NCBI GenBank assembly: GCA_963739135.1
Contig: CAVTZG010000026.1
Coordinates: 192,105-256,104, forward strand
From: an uncultured Actinomycetes bacterium
GTDB lineage: Bacteria; Actinomycetota; Actinomycetes; Streptosporangiales; Streptosporangiaceae
Direction: 5' to 3'
Length of the DNA stretch: 64,000 bases
The position numbers were made by a program, and so were the translations under genes. The first letter of the stretch is position 1; each line of letters begins with the position of its first letter. This document shows positions 1 to 8,183 of this stretch, piece after piece. Below the pieces are notes generated by a model. The model did not search any database, had not been told where the DNA came from, and saw nothing but the letters and a program-made list of their open reading frames with translations.

Positions 1-326
1 CCCCGGGGCGCCCGCGGCCGTGCGGGGACCGCGGGAGCGTCCGGGGGCGCGGGAGCGACCGGGGGCGCGGCCACGGCTACGGCCGAGGCATCCGCCCGCC
101 CGCCGGAAGCGCCCGAAGGCGGCCCGCCGGAAGCGCCCGAAGGCGAGTCGGCCACGGCGGCAGGCGGCGCGCCTGACGCCCCGGCCATGCCGGTCACGAA
201 CGACAGGTAACCCGGCACCAGCGGCAGGCAGCAGGGCGACAGGAACGTCACCGCGCCGGCCGCCGCGGCGACCGGCAGGGCCACGATCAGCGGGCCGGAG
301 GTCACCAGCTGAGCTACGCCGCTCAT
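1..326 (-). CDS. ccdA: cytochrome c biogenesis protein CcdA/DsbD family, N-terminal part (gene runs off left edge)
   Basis: Absent from the ORF track because it has no stop in the window. Reverse complement from ATG at 326 (GGAGA just upstream) reads MSGVAQLVTSGPLIVALPVAAAAGAVTFLSPCCLPLVPGYLSFVTGMAG. The FLSPC-x-LPLVPGYLS motif is typical of CcdA. This call displaces the Arg/Pro-rich + strand ORF 20..328. Confidence 0.7.
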   Translation of the reverse strand, partial: MSGVAQLVTSGPLIVALPVAAAAGAVTFLSPCCLPLVPGYLSFVTGMAGASGAPPAAVADSPSGASGGPPSGASGGRADASAVAVAAPPVAPAPPDAPAVPARPRAPR

Positions 327-402
327 GACATCTCCGGTACCCAGCCAGCCATGTGATCACTATGCCATGCACGCGCGAGCCGGTCGACGCTGACCTACTA
401 CA

Positions 403-858
403 TCAGGTAGTGGTATCCCTGGCCGGCAGGACGAGCACCAGCACCACGTAGCAGGCCAGCGCCACCGCGAACAGCAGGGCCATGCCCAGCGAGGCGCCGG
501 CCGCGCCGCTGCCGGTGAACCCGAGCCCGGCGAAGCCTGCCCCGATGATCGCCACCAGCCCGACGGCCGACAGGGCGATGGCCAGGCGATGGCGGGTGCC
601 GACCGCCCTGACCAGCTGCATCACCGCGGCCAGGAACAGCAGGATGCCCAGGATCACGTGCAGCGCGAGATCCGGGCTGGAGAACAGCCCGATCGACTTG
701 TGCGCCGTCGGCGCTGTCCCGTACAGGCTGTAGACGGTGCCCAGGATGAACTCGAGGATCAGCATGGTCACCAGGCCGAAGCTCGACAACCGCAGCCGGG
801 CGAGCCTGCCTGACTCAGCCGGCGCCCCCGTGCGCGTAGCGGCATTGGTCTGCGACAT
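403..858 (-). CDS. small integral membrane protein (about 4 TM helices), function unknown
   Basis: ORF 403..978 trimmed to the internal Met (MSQTNAAT...). Hydrophobic helices such as FGLVTMLILEFILGTVYSLY and ALHVILGILLFLAAVMQLV. Confidence 0.5.
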   Translation of the reverse strand: MSQTNAATRTGAPAESGRLARLRLSSFGLVTMLILEFILGTVYSLYGTAPTAHKSIGLFSSPDLALHVILGILLFLAAVMQLVRAVGTRHRLAIALSAVGLVAIIGAGFAGLGFTGSGAAGASLGMALLFAVALACYVVLVLVLPARDTTT

Positions 859-919
859 CCCCACCTCCGAGACAGAAAGCACCGAGTCAGAAAGCACAGA
901 AAGCCTAGTCCGAGCGGCT

Positions 920-2389
920 ATGGTTGGCGAGGTGAGATCCGTGCTCACCCCATCCAGGTCGCCGGCCCGAGGCGGCAAAGCGCCAGGTAACCGGCTGCTT
1001 CTGGCTGGGCTGGCCGCGTTCGCCGTGGCTCTCGGGGGCTGGGTGATCTACGCCGTCATCCATCCCCAGAGCTTCACCATAGACCCGGTGGACCTGGCCG
1101 TGTACCGGTCCGGCGGCCTCATCGTCCGGCATGTCAGCCCGCTGTACAACCCGCACCTGGCCTCGCCGCTGTACGACTGGGTCGGGTACCGGGCCGGGCA
1201 CAGCAGCCTGTACCTTCCGTTCACTTACACGCCGTTCGCGGCCGTTGCGTTCGCGCTCATCTCGTATGTGCCGTGGTGGCTGTCCCAGCAGCTTTCTGTG
1301 GCCGTGGACATCATCGCGCTGCTGGCCGCGCTGTGGTTGACGCTCGGCGGCCTCGGCTACCGCCGGGACCAGGTCCGGGTCGGCGCCACGCTGCTGGGCA
1401 CCGCGGCGGTCTTGTGGACCGAGCCGGTCCTGCGCACCATGTACCTGGGCCAGGTCAACCTGGTCCTGATGGCGCTGATCCTGTGGGACCTGACCCAGCC
1501 GGACACGGACAAAACCCGCTGGTGGAAGGGCTTCGGCACCGGCGTCGCGGCCGGCATCAAGCTGACGCCGCTCATCTTCATCCCGTACCTGCTGATGGCC
1601 AGGAAGTTCCGCCAGGCGGGCATGGCCTGCGCGGGATTCGCCTTCACGATGCTGCTCGGCTTCGTCATCCTGCCCGCCGACTCCACCAAGTGGTGGTTCG
1701 ACGGGCTGTTCACACGCAGCGACCGGACCGGCTTCGTCGGCTGGGCAGGCAACCAGTCGCTCGAGGGCATCATCACCAGGCTGACCGGCAGCGTGCACGG
1801 CGCCCAACCCGCCTGGCTCGCGGCGGCAGTGGTGTTCGGCCTGGCCGGCGTGGTGGCCGCCGGGCTGCTCGACCGCAAGGGATACGGCATGCTGGCGCTG
1901 CTGACCGCCGCGCTGACCGCGCTGCTGGTCTCGCCGGTCAGCTGGGACCATCACTGGGTGTGGATCGCGCCCGGCGTGGTCGTGGCTGTTCACTATGCAG
2001 TCCAGTTCTGGCGCCGCGCCGCAAGGCGCGCCGCAGCCGCCTGCATGGCGCTGGCCCTGGCCGTCGTGGCCTGGTTCGGCGCCTGGCCGACCAGCTTGTT
2101 CGGCGTCAAGCCGAACCTCGGCGACGACTCGCTCGGCCTGATCTGGATCCCCAAGAACACCGACCCGATCTACTACGACAAGTACGGCGACAAGCCCTGG
2201 CTGGTCGAGTACCACTGGCATGGCCTGCAGTTCATCGCCGGCAATGCCTACATCCTGGCCGGGCTGGCCATGTTCGGGCTGCTGTTCGCGCTCGCGCTGC
2301 TGCTGCCCGCGGCCAGGAAGGAGCACGACGATGAGCCTGGGCGAGATCGAGCAGGTCGCCGAGGGTATCTACGCCTACCTGCAGCCTGA
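920..2389 (+). CDS. GT87/DUF2029-family polyprenol-phosphate-mannose-dependent alpha-(1,2)-mannosyltransferase-like membrane protein
   Basis: ORF 737..2389 trimmed to MVGEVRSV. Multi-TM protein with DPVDLAVYRSGG, LYLPFTYTPFAAV and GIKLTPLIFIPYLL, as in actinobacterial PimE-like GT87 enzymes. Confidence 0.7.
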   Translation: MVGEVRSVLTPSRSPARGGKAPGNRLLLAGLAAFAVALGGWVIYAVIHPQSFTIDPVDLAVYRSGGLIVRHVSPLYNPHLASPLYDWVGYRAGHSSLYLPFTYTPFAAVAFALISYVPWWLSQQLSVAVDIIALLAALWLTLGGLGYRRDQVRVGATLLGTAAVLWTEPVLRTMYLGQVNLVLMALILWDLTQPDTDKTRWWKGFGTGVAAGIKLTPLIFIPYLLMARKFRQAGMACAGFAFTMLLGFVILPADSTKWWFDGLFTRSDRTGFVGWAGNQSLEGIITRLTGSVHGAQPAWLAAAVVFGLAGVVAAGLLDRKGYGMLALLTAALTALLVSPVSWDHHWVWIAPGVVVAVHYAVQFWRRAARRAAAACMALALAVVAWFGAWPTSLFGVKPNLGDDSLGLIWIPKNTDPIYYDKYGDKPWLVEYHWHGLQFIAGNAYILAGLAMFGLLFALALLLPAARKEHDDEPGRDRAGRRGYLRLPAA

Positions 2390-3242
2390 CGGCAGCTGGT
2401 ACCTGAACAACACCGGCTTCCTGGTCGGCCCGGCCGGCGTCATCAGCGTCGATGCCACCTCCACTGAGCGCCGCACCCGGGCCTACCTGGACGCGATCAG
2501 GACCATCACCGGCCGGCCCGTCCGCACGCTGGTCAACACCCACCACCACGGCGATCACACGCACGGCAACTACCTGATGGCCGGGGCCACCATCGTCGGC
2601 CACGAGCGCTGCCGCGAAGCGATCCTGGCCACGCCCATGCCGCCGCCGCCCGGCATCTGGGCGGACGTCGACTGGGGGCACCTGGAACCCGCCCCGCCGT
2701 TCCTCACCTACACCGACAAGATCACGTTGTGGTCCGGTGACCTGCGCTGCGAGGTCCGCTACGTGGGCACGCCCGCGCACACCACCAATGACTCGATCGT
2801 CCACATCCCCGAACTGTCCGTGGTCTTCGCCGGCGACCTGCTCTTCAACGGCGGCACCCCGTTCGCGCTGATGGGTTCGGTCGGCGGCTGGATCGACGTG
2901 CTGGAGAACGTGCTGCGACCGCTCGGCGCCCGGACGCTCGTCCCCGGCCACGGCCCGGTCTGCGGCCCGGAGGTCATCGACGATGTGCTGGCCTACCTGC
3001 GCTTCGTGCTCCAGACGGCCCGGGAGGGCATGGCGGCGGGCCTGCCACCGCTGGAGGCCGCACGGACCGCTGACCTGGGGGAGTTCGAGGATCTTCTTGA
3101 TGCCGAACGGATCGTGGGTAACCTGCACCGGGCCTACCTCGAGCTGGGCGGGGCGGAGCGCGGCACCCCGGTGGACGTCGCCCGCGCCCTGGGCGACATG
3201 GTGGCCTACAACGAGGGCCGGCCCCTGACCTGCCACGCGTAA
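2331..3242 (+). CDS. MBL-fold metallo-hydrolase
   Basis: Start at MSLGEIEQVAEGIYAY within ORF 2220..3242. HHHGDH metal-binding motif and later PGHG. Confidence 0.8.
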   Translation: MSLGEIEQVAEGIYAYLQPDGSWYLNNTGFLVGPAGVISVDATSTERRTRAYLDAIRTITGRPVRTLVNTHHHGDHTHGNYLMAGATIVGHERCREAILATPMPPPPGIWADVDWGHLEPAPPFLTYTDKITLWSGDLRCEVRYVGTPAHTTNDSIVHIPELSVVFAGDLLFNGGTPFALMGSVGGWIDVLENVLRPLGARTLVPGHGPVCGPEVIDDVLAYLRFVLQTAREGMAAGLPPLEAARTADLGEFEDLLDAERIVGNLHRAYLELGGAERGTPVDVARALGDMVAYNEGRPLTCHA

Positions 3243-3273
3243 GGGCGGCTGGGAGGGGGCGGGTGGGGGGAAG

Positions 3274-3549
3274 ATGGCACTGCTGAACGAGGAGGTCGCC
3301 GGCCTGCTGCGGGAGTACGCCGAGCTGACCCAGATCACCGGTGGTGACGTGTTCCGGGCCAGGAACTATGAGAAGGCAGCCCGTTCGGTCCGCGGCTGGG
3401 CCGATGACGTCGGCCAGCTCGACGCCAAGGGCCTGCGGGCCATCCCCGGCGTCGGTGCCTCGATCGCGGCCAAGATCGCCGAGTACCTGGCCACCGGGCA
3501 CATCGCCGCGCTGGATGAGCTGCGGGCGCCTTCCTGGCCAAATAAGTAG
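3274..3549 (+). pseudogene. remnant of DNA polymerase X (PolX) N-terminal helix-hairpin-helix region
   Basis: The 91-aa ORF reads MALLNEEVAGLLREYAELTQITGGDVFRARNYEKAARSV...IPGVGASIAAKIAEYLATGHIAALDEL, like the first ~85 aa of bacterial PolX (normally >500 aa). It then ends, and no polymerase or PHP domain follows in any frame. Confidence 0.6.
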
Positions 3550-3771
3550 CGGCGGCTTGCCATGCCCGAGACCACCCTGACCGAGCCCGGTCCCCGGGAC
3601 CCTGCCGCCGCTCGTCCCCGGCGTTCAAGGGCCCGCGGTCGCTCTGCCTGATCCGCTACCGCGCGAAGCCGTCCGTTAATCACCGGTGAGAAACGGCGCC
3701 CCGGACGGTCTATATGCGTAGACAGCCGGATGGCTCCGGGAGGGCACCATGGCAGGGCGGGAGGTCGTGTG

Positions 3772-4470
3772 ATGGGCGAGCCGTCCCGCACGGGCGAGCC
3801 TCGCTGCGACGGCGCGCCCCCGGGCGCGACCGGGCTGCTGGCCGGCGCGATCGGCTACGCCCTGGCCGCCTGCGTACAGCTCACGCCGGGGGAACTGGCC
3901 CTGCCCACGCCGTGCGCGGAATGGGACCTGCGGATGCTCCTCGGCCACCTGGGCGAATCCATGGCCGACCTGGAGGCGGGCCTGTGCGGCGGCCGCCTGG
4001 ACCTGGACCCCTTGGACCCCTTGGACCCCTTTGACGTCCTGGATCCCTTGGATCCTCTAGAGCCCGTGGACTCGGCGGACTCCGCGGTGCCGTATGGTAC
4101 CGCCGACCCGCTGAGCTGCCGGGACGACCCGGTGGAGGTTGTCCGGGACCGCGCCGCGGACCTGCTGTTCGCCTGCTACGCCGCCCGCGGCCTGGACCGC
4201 TTCGTCCTGGTCGGCGGCCTGCCGCTGCCCGCCGGGATCGTGGCCTGCACCGGAGCCGTCGAGATCGCGGTGCACGGCTGGGACGTATGCGCGGCCCGCG
4301 GCCGTGGCGGCCCGATCCCGCCCCGGCTCGCCACCCGGATGCTCCGGCTGTGCCCGCTGCTTGCGGCCGGCCGTGAGGGCCTGTTCGCCGCGCCGGTCGC
4401 GACCCCGCCCCAGGCCAGCCCGGGCGATCAGCTCGTCGCCTATCTCGGGCGCGTCCCGCGCCGCCCGTAG
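3772..4470 (+). CDS. maleylpyruvate-isomerase-family (mycothiol-dependent, DinB-like/TIGR03086-type) protein
   Basis: N-terminal LTPGELALPTPCAEWDLRMLLGHL is characteristic of the family. An internal LDLDPLDPLDPFDVLDPLDPLEP repeat is present. Start chosen at MGEPSR. Confidence 0.6.
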   Translation: MGEPSRTGEPRCDGAPPGATGLLAGAIGYALAACVQLTPGELALPTPCAEWDLRMLLGHLGESMADLEAGLCGGRLDLDPLDPLDPFDVLDPLDPLEPVDSADSAVPYGTADPLSCRDDPVEVVRDRAADLLFACYAARGLDRFVLVGGLPLPAGIVACTGAVEIAVHGWDVCAARGRGGPIPPRLATRMLRLCPLLAAGREGLFAAPVATPPQASPGDQLVAYLGRVPRRP

Positions 4471-4624
4471 TCCAGCCCTCCAGTCCGCCGCCCGTGGCCA
4501 CCCCGCCGCCCGCAGGCACCCGCCGCCCGTGGCCACCCCGGACACCCCCCGGCGTACGGAACAACTCCCGCATGACCTACGGTTGTTACCGGCGAGTAGC
4601 ATTTTTCATCTTGGGAGGGTGACC

Positions 4625-5815
4625 GTGCCTCGTACCGCACGTGACGTCGTCTTCGTGGACGGTGTCCGCACTCCGTTCGGGAAGGCCGGGCCGAACGGCC
4701 TGTACGCCGAGACCAGGGCGGACGACATGGTGGTCAGCGTGATCCGCGAACTGCTGCGGCGCAACCCGTCCCTTCCGCCCGAGCGGATCGGCGAGGTCGC
4801 GATCGCCGCCACCACGCAGACCGGCGATCAGGGACTGACCATCGGGCGCAGCGCCGCGGTGCTGGCCGGGCTGCCCAAGTCGGTGCCCGGGTACGCCATT
4901 GACCGGATGTGCGCGGGGGCCATGACCGCGGTGACCACCGCCGCCGGATCTATCGCGCTGGGCGCGACCGACACGGCGGTCGCGGGCGGCGTGGAGCACA
5001 TGGGCCACCATCCGATGGGTTCCGGGGTCGACCCGAACCCGCGGTTCATCTCTGAGCACCTGGTCGACCCATCGGCGCTGGTCATGGGCTCGACAGCGGA
5101 GAACCTGCACGACCGGTACCCCGGCATCACCCGGGCCCGCGCCGACGCGTACGCGCTGGCCAGCCAGCGCAAGGTCGCCGCGGCCTACGCGGCGGGCAAG
5201 ATCCAGCCCGACCTGGTGCCCGTCGCGGTCTGCAGCGCCGAGCGAGGCTGGGGCCTGGCCACGGTCGACGAGCCGCCCCGCCCGGACACCACGATCGAGG
5301 CGCTGGCCGCGCTGAAGACCCCGTTCCGGCCGCACGGGCGGGTCACCGCCGGGAATTCCGCCGGGCTGAACGACGGCGCCACCGGTTGCGTCATCGCGGC
5401 CCGGGACGTGGCGGCCGAACTGGGCCTGCCGGCCGGGATGCGGCTGGTCGACTTCGGCTTCGTCGGGGTCGACCCGGAGGTGATGGGCATCGGCCCGGTC
5501 CCCGCCACCGAAGCCGTGCTGGCCCGCAATGACCTGACCATCGACGACATCGCGCTGATCGAGATCAACGAGGCGTTCGCGGTGCAGGTCCTGGCCTTCC
5601 TCGAGCACTTCAAGATCGCCGACGACGACCCGCGGGTAAACCGGTGGGGCGGCGCCATCGCGCTCGGCCACCCGCTGGCCAGCTCGGGCGTCCGGCTGAT
5701 GATCCAGCTCGCCCGGCAGTTCGCCGAGCAGCCGAGCGTCCGCTACGGCCTGACCACGATGTGCGTCGGGATGGGGATGGGCGGCACCGTCCTGTGGGAG
5801 AACCTCAATGCCTGA
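4625..5815 (+). CDS. fadA: acetyl-CoA C-acyltransferase (thiolase)
   Basis: DVVFVDGVRTPFGKAG, IDRMCAGAMTAV (active-site Cys), NEAFAVQVL and CVGMGMGGT. GGGAGG lies 6 nt before GTG 4625. The upstream part of ORF 4139..5815 is Arg/Pro-rich non-coding read-through. Confidence 0.9.
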   Translation: MPRTARDVVFVDGVRTPFGKAGPNGLYAETRADDMVVSVIRELLRRNPSLPPERIGEVAIAATTQTGDQGLTIGRSAAVLAGLPKSVPGYAIDRMCAGAMTAVTTAAGSIALGATDTAVAGGVEHMGHHPMGSGVDPNPRFISEHLVDPSALVMGSTAENLHDRYPGITRARADAYALASQRKVAAAYAAGKIQPDLVPVAVCSAERGWGLATVDEPPRPDTTIEALAALKTPFRPHGRVTAGNSAGLNDGATGCVIAARDVAAELGLPAGMRLVDFGFVGVDPEVMGIGPVPATEAVLARNDLTIDDIALIEINEAFAVQVLAFLEHFKIADDDPRVNRWGGAIALGHPLASSGVRLMIQLARQFAEQPSVRYGLTTMCVGMGMGGTVLWENLNA

Positions 5816-8120
5816 CATCTTCAGCCCGAACGGAACGGGGCTCGACAACTCGGTCATCACATCGCTGTTCCCCAACGAGGTCGTCACCAAGGCCCTGGTC
5901 AGGCACGTGGAGTTGCCCTACGGGGCGGGGACCATGGCCCTGATCACCCTGGACAACGGGCATGACCACACCCGGCCGAACACGTTCGGCCCGGCCGGCC
6001 TGATCGCGCTGCGCAGCGCGCTCGAAGAGATAGCCGGCCGGGCCACGCCGGAGGCCGGGGAGCAGAGAATCGCCGCGGTGGGCGTGACCGGCAAGCCGTT
6101 CATCTTCGCGACCGGCGCCGACCTGGCGGTCGCCGCGAAGATCCGCGCGCGGGACGAGGCCCTGGCCGTCGGCCGGCTGGGGCATGATGTGTTCCGCCGG
6201 CTCGGCGAGCTGGGCGTGCCGTCGTTCGCGTTCGTGAACGGCGCGGCGCTCGGCGGCGGCCTCGAGCTCGCACTGCACTGCACTTACCGGACGATCTCAT
6301 CCGGGGTGACCGCGGTCGCGTTCCCCGAGACCTTCCTCGGCCTGCTGCCCGGCTGGGGCGGCACCTACCTGCTGCCGCGCCTGATCGGCCCGGCCAAGGC
6401 GCTCAAGCTCATCATCGAGAACCCGCTCAGCCAGAACCGCTTGCTGGCCGGCCCTGAGGCGTTCTCGCTCGGGATCGCTGACGCCATGTTCGAGCCCGCC
6501 GACTTCCTGGCCGAGTCGCTGCGTTGGGCGGCCCGGGTGCTGGGCAGTATCACCTCGGGGGGAACGATCCCCCCCAGACCCCCCCTGCTGCTTTTCCCGG
6601 GGGGACCCATCCCCCCGGACCCCCCTTGGGAGGGAAGCCTTTCCCCCCAAACCCCCTCGGCCTCCCCGTACCCCCCCGGGGACTGGGACGCCGCAGCGGC
6701 CGGAGCGCGGTCCTTCGCCGACGGCAAGCTGCACGGGGCCGCTCCGGCCCCGTACCGGGCCATCAACCTGGTCACGGCGGCCCGCGACCGGACTCGCGAC
6801 CAGGGGTTCACCGCCGAGGATGAGGCGCTCGCGGACCTGCTGCTCAGCGACGAGCTGCACGCCGGGCTCTACGCCTTCGACCTGACCCAGAAGCGGGCCC
6901 GGCACGCGGCCGGCGCCCCCGACAGGTCGCTGGCCCGGCCGGTCACCAAGGTCGGCGTGGTCGGCGCGGGCCTGATGGCCGCGCAGATCGCACTGCTGTT
7001 CGCGCGGCGGCTCGAGGTGCCCGTGGTGCTGACCGACCTCGACCAGGCCCGGCTGGACGCCGGGGTCGGCCACGTGCACGCCGAGATCGCCAAGCTGGCC
7101 GAGCGGCACCGGATCAGCCCGGATACCGCCGCCAGGCTGACGGGCCTGGTGACCGGCTCGCTGACCAAGGACGCGTTCGCCGACGCGGACTTCGTGATCG
7201 AGGCGGTATTCGAGGAGATCCCGGTCAAGCAGCGGGTGTTCGCCGAGGTCGAGGCGGTGGTCCGGCCGGACTGCGTGCTCGCCACCAACACCTCGTCGCT
7301 TTCGGTGACCGAGATGGCGGCCGGGCTGGCCCACCCTTCCCGCCTGGTCGGCTTCCACTTCTTCAACCCGGTGGCCATGATGCCGCTGATCGAAATAATC
7401 CGGACCGATGCCACCGACGCGCTGTCGACTGACGAGGGGGCGCTTGCCACCGCGTTCGCGGTCGGCAAGGCGCTGAAGAAGAACTGCGTGCTGGTCAAGG
7501 ACTCGCCTGCGTTCGTGGTTAACCGCCTGCTGACCCGGTTCCTGGGTGAGGTCATCGCCTCCGTCGACGAGGGCACCCCGTTCGAGGTCGCCGAGCACGC
7601 ACCCGACCCGCTGGGCCTGCCCGTCTCCCCGTTCCTGCTGCTCCAGCTGGTCGGGCCCGCCGTCGCCCTGCACGTGGCGGAGACCCTGCACCGCGCCTTC
7701 CCCGACCGCTTCGGCGTGTCGCCCAAGCTGCGCGCCCTGGTCGAGGCGGGCAAGACCGGAGTCTACGGACCCGACTTCTCGGTCGACCCGGAGGCGGCGG
7801 CCATCCTGGCCCGGGGGGACGACCCGGCTGGCCCCCCGGGGGACTCCATCCCCCCGGACCCCCCTGGCAGACCCCCCCGCGGGGCCATGGCCGGCGGCGA
7901 CCGCCCGCTGACCGCGGACCAGGTGCGGGAACGGGCCCTGGAGGCGCTGGCCGAGGAGATCAGGCTGATGCTCGACGAGGGCGTGGTAGCCGGCCCCGAA
8001 GACATTGACCTGTGCCTGATCCTCGGCGCCGGCTGGCCGTTTCACCTGGGCGGGATCACACCGTACCTGGATCGCAGCGGGATCACGGAGAAGGTGACAG
8101 GCACCCGGTTCCGCATCTGA
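5808..8120 (+). CDS. fadB: fatty-acid oxidation multifunctional enzyme: enoyl-CoA hydratase / 3-hydroxyacyl-CoA dehydrogenase
   Basis: Crotonase part FVNGAALGGGLELALHC, NAD-binding VGVVGAGLMAAQIA and HFFNPV. Overlaps the fadA stop by 8 nt. Carries two Pro/Gly-rich in-frame insertions (see repeats). Confidence 0.9.
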   Translation: MPDIFSPNGTGLDNSVITSLFPNEVVTKALVRHVELPYGAGTMALITLDNGHDHTRPNTFGPAGLIALRSALEEIAGRATPEAGEQRIAAVGVTGKPFIFATGADLAVAAKIRARDEALAVGRLGHDVFRRLGELGVPSFAFVNGAALGGGLELALHCTYRTISSGVTAVAFPETFLGLLPGWGGTYLLPRLIGPAKALKLIIENPLSQNRLLAGPEAFSLGIADAMFEPADFLAESLRWAARVLGSITSGGTIPPRPPLLLFPGGPIPPDPPWEGSLSPQTPSASPYPPGDWDAAAAGARSFADGKLHGAAPAPYRAINLVTAARDRTRDQGFTAEDEALADLLLSDELHAGLYAFDLTQKRARHAAGAPDRSLARPVTKVGVVGAGLMAAQIALLFARRLEVPVVLTDLDQARLDAGVGHVHAEIAKLAERHRISPDTAARLTGLVTGSLTKDAFADADFVIEAVFEEIPVKQRVFAEVEAVVRPDCVLATNTSSLSVTEMAAGLAHPSRLVGFHFFNPVAMMPLIEIIRTDATDALSTDEGALATAFAVGKALKKNCVLVKDSPAFVVNRLLTRFLGEVIASVDEGTPFEVAEHAPDPLGLPVSPFLLLQLVGPAVALHVAETLHRAFPDRFGVSPKLRALVEAGKTGVYGPDFSVDPEAAAILARGDDPAGPPGDSIPPDPPGRPPRGAMAGGDRPLTADQVRERALEALAEEIRLMLDEGVVAGPEDIDLCLILGAGWPFHLGGITPYLDRSGITEKVTGTRFRI
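6553..6685 (+). repeat. G-run/C-run dispersed repeat, copy 1 (in frame inside fadB)
   Basis: ctcggggggaacgatcccccccagaccccccctgc...cccggggggacccatccccccggaccccccttgggagggaagcctttccccccaaaccccctcggcc. Matches the copies at 7806, 33134 (rc), 59440 (rc) and 63872. Confidence 0.8.
7806..7882 (+). repeat. G-run/C-run dispersed repeat, copy 2 (in frame inside fadB)
   Basis: ccggggggacgaccc...ccccccgggggactccatccccccggacccccctggcagaccccccc. Shares the ggggac-Y-ccatccccccggaccccc core with copy 1. Confidence 0.7.
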
Positions 8121-8183
8121 GGCCCGCCTGGGACATGGCCGGCTTCCAGGGGTTTCACCGCGTTTGCCGTTAAGGTGAGCGGC

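Noticed and set aside
20-328. 102-aa + strand ORF (Arg/Pro-rich)
   Set aside because: The composition is typical of an out-of-frame GC-rich read-through. The opposite strand encodes a recognisable CcdA N-terminus with the LPLVPGYLS motif.
905-2326. 473-aa minus-strand ORF, plus + strand ORF 1273..2334
   Set aside because: These are antisense or off-frame shadows of the GT87 membrane protein gene. They are Arg/Gly/Pro/Gln-rich with no motifs.
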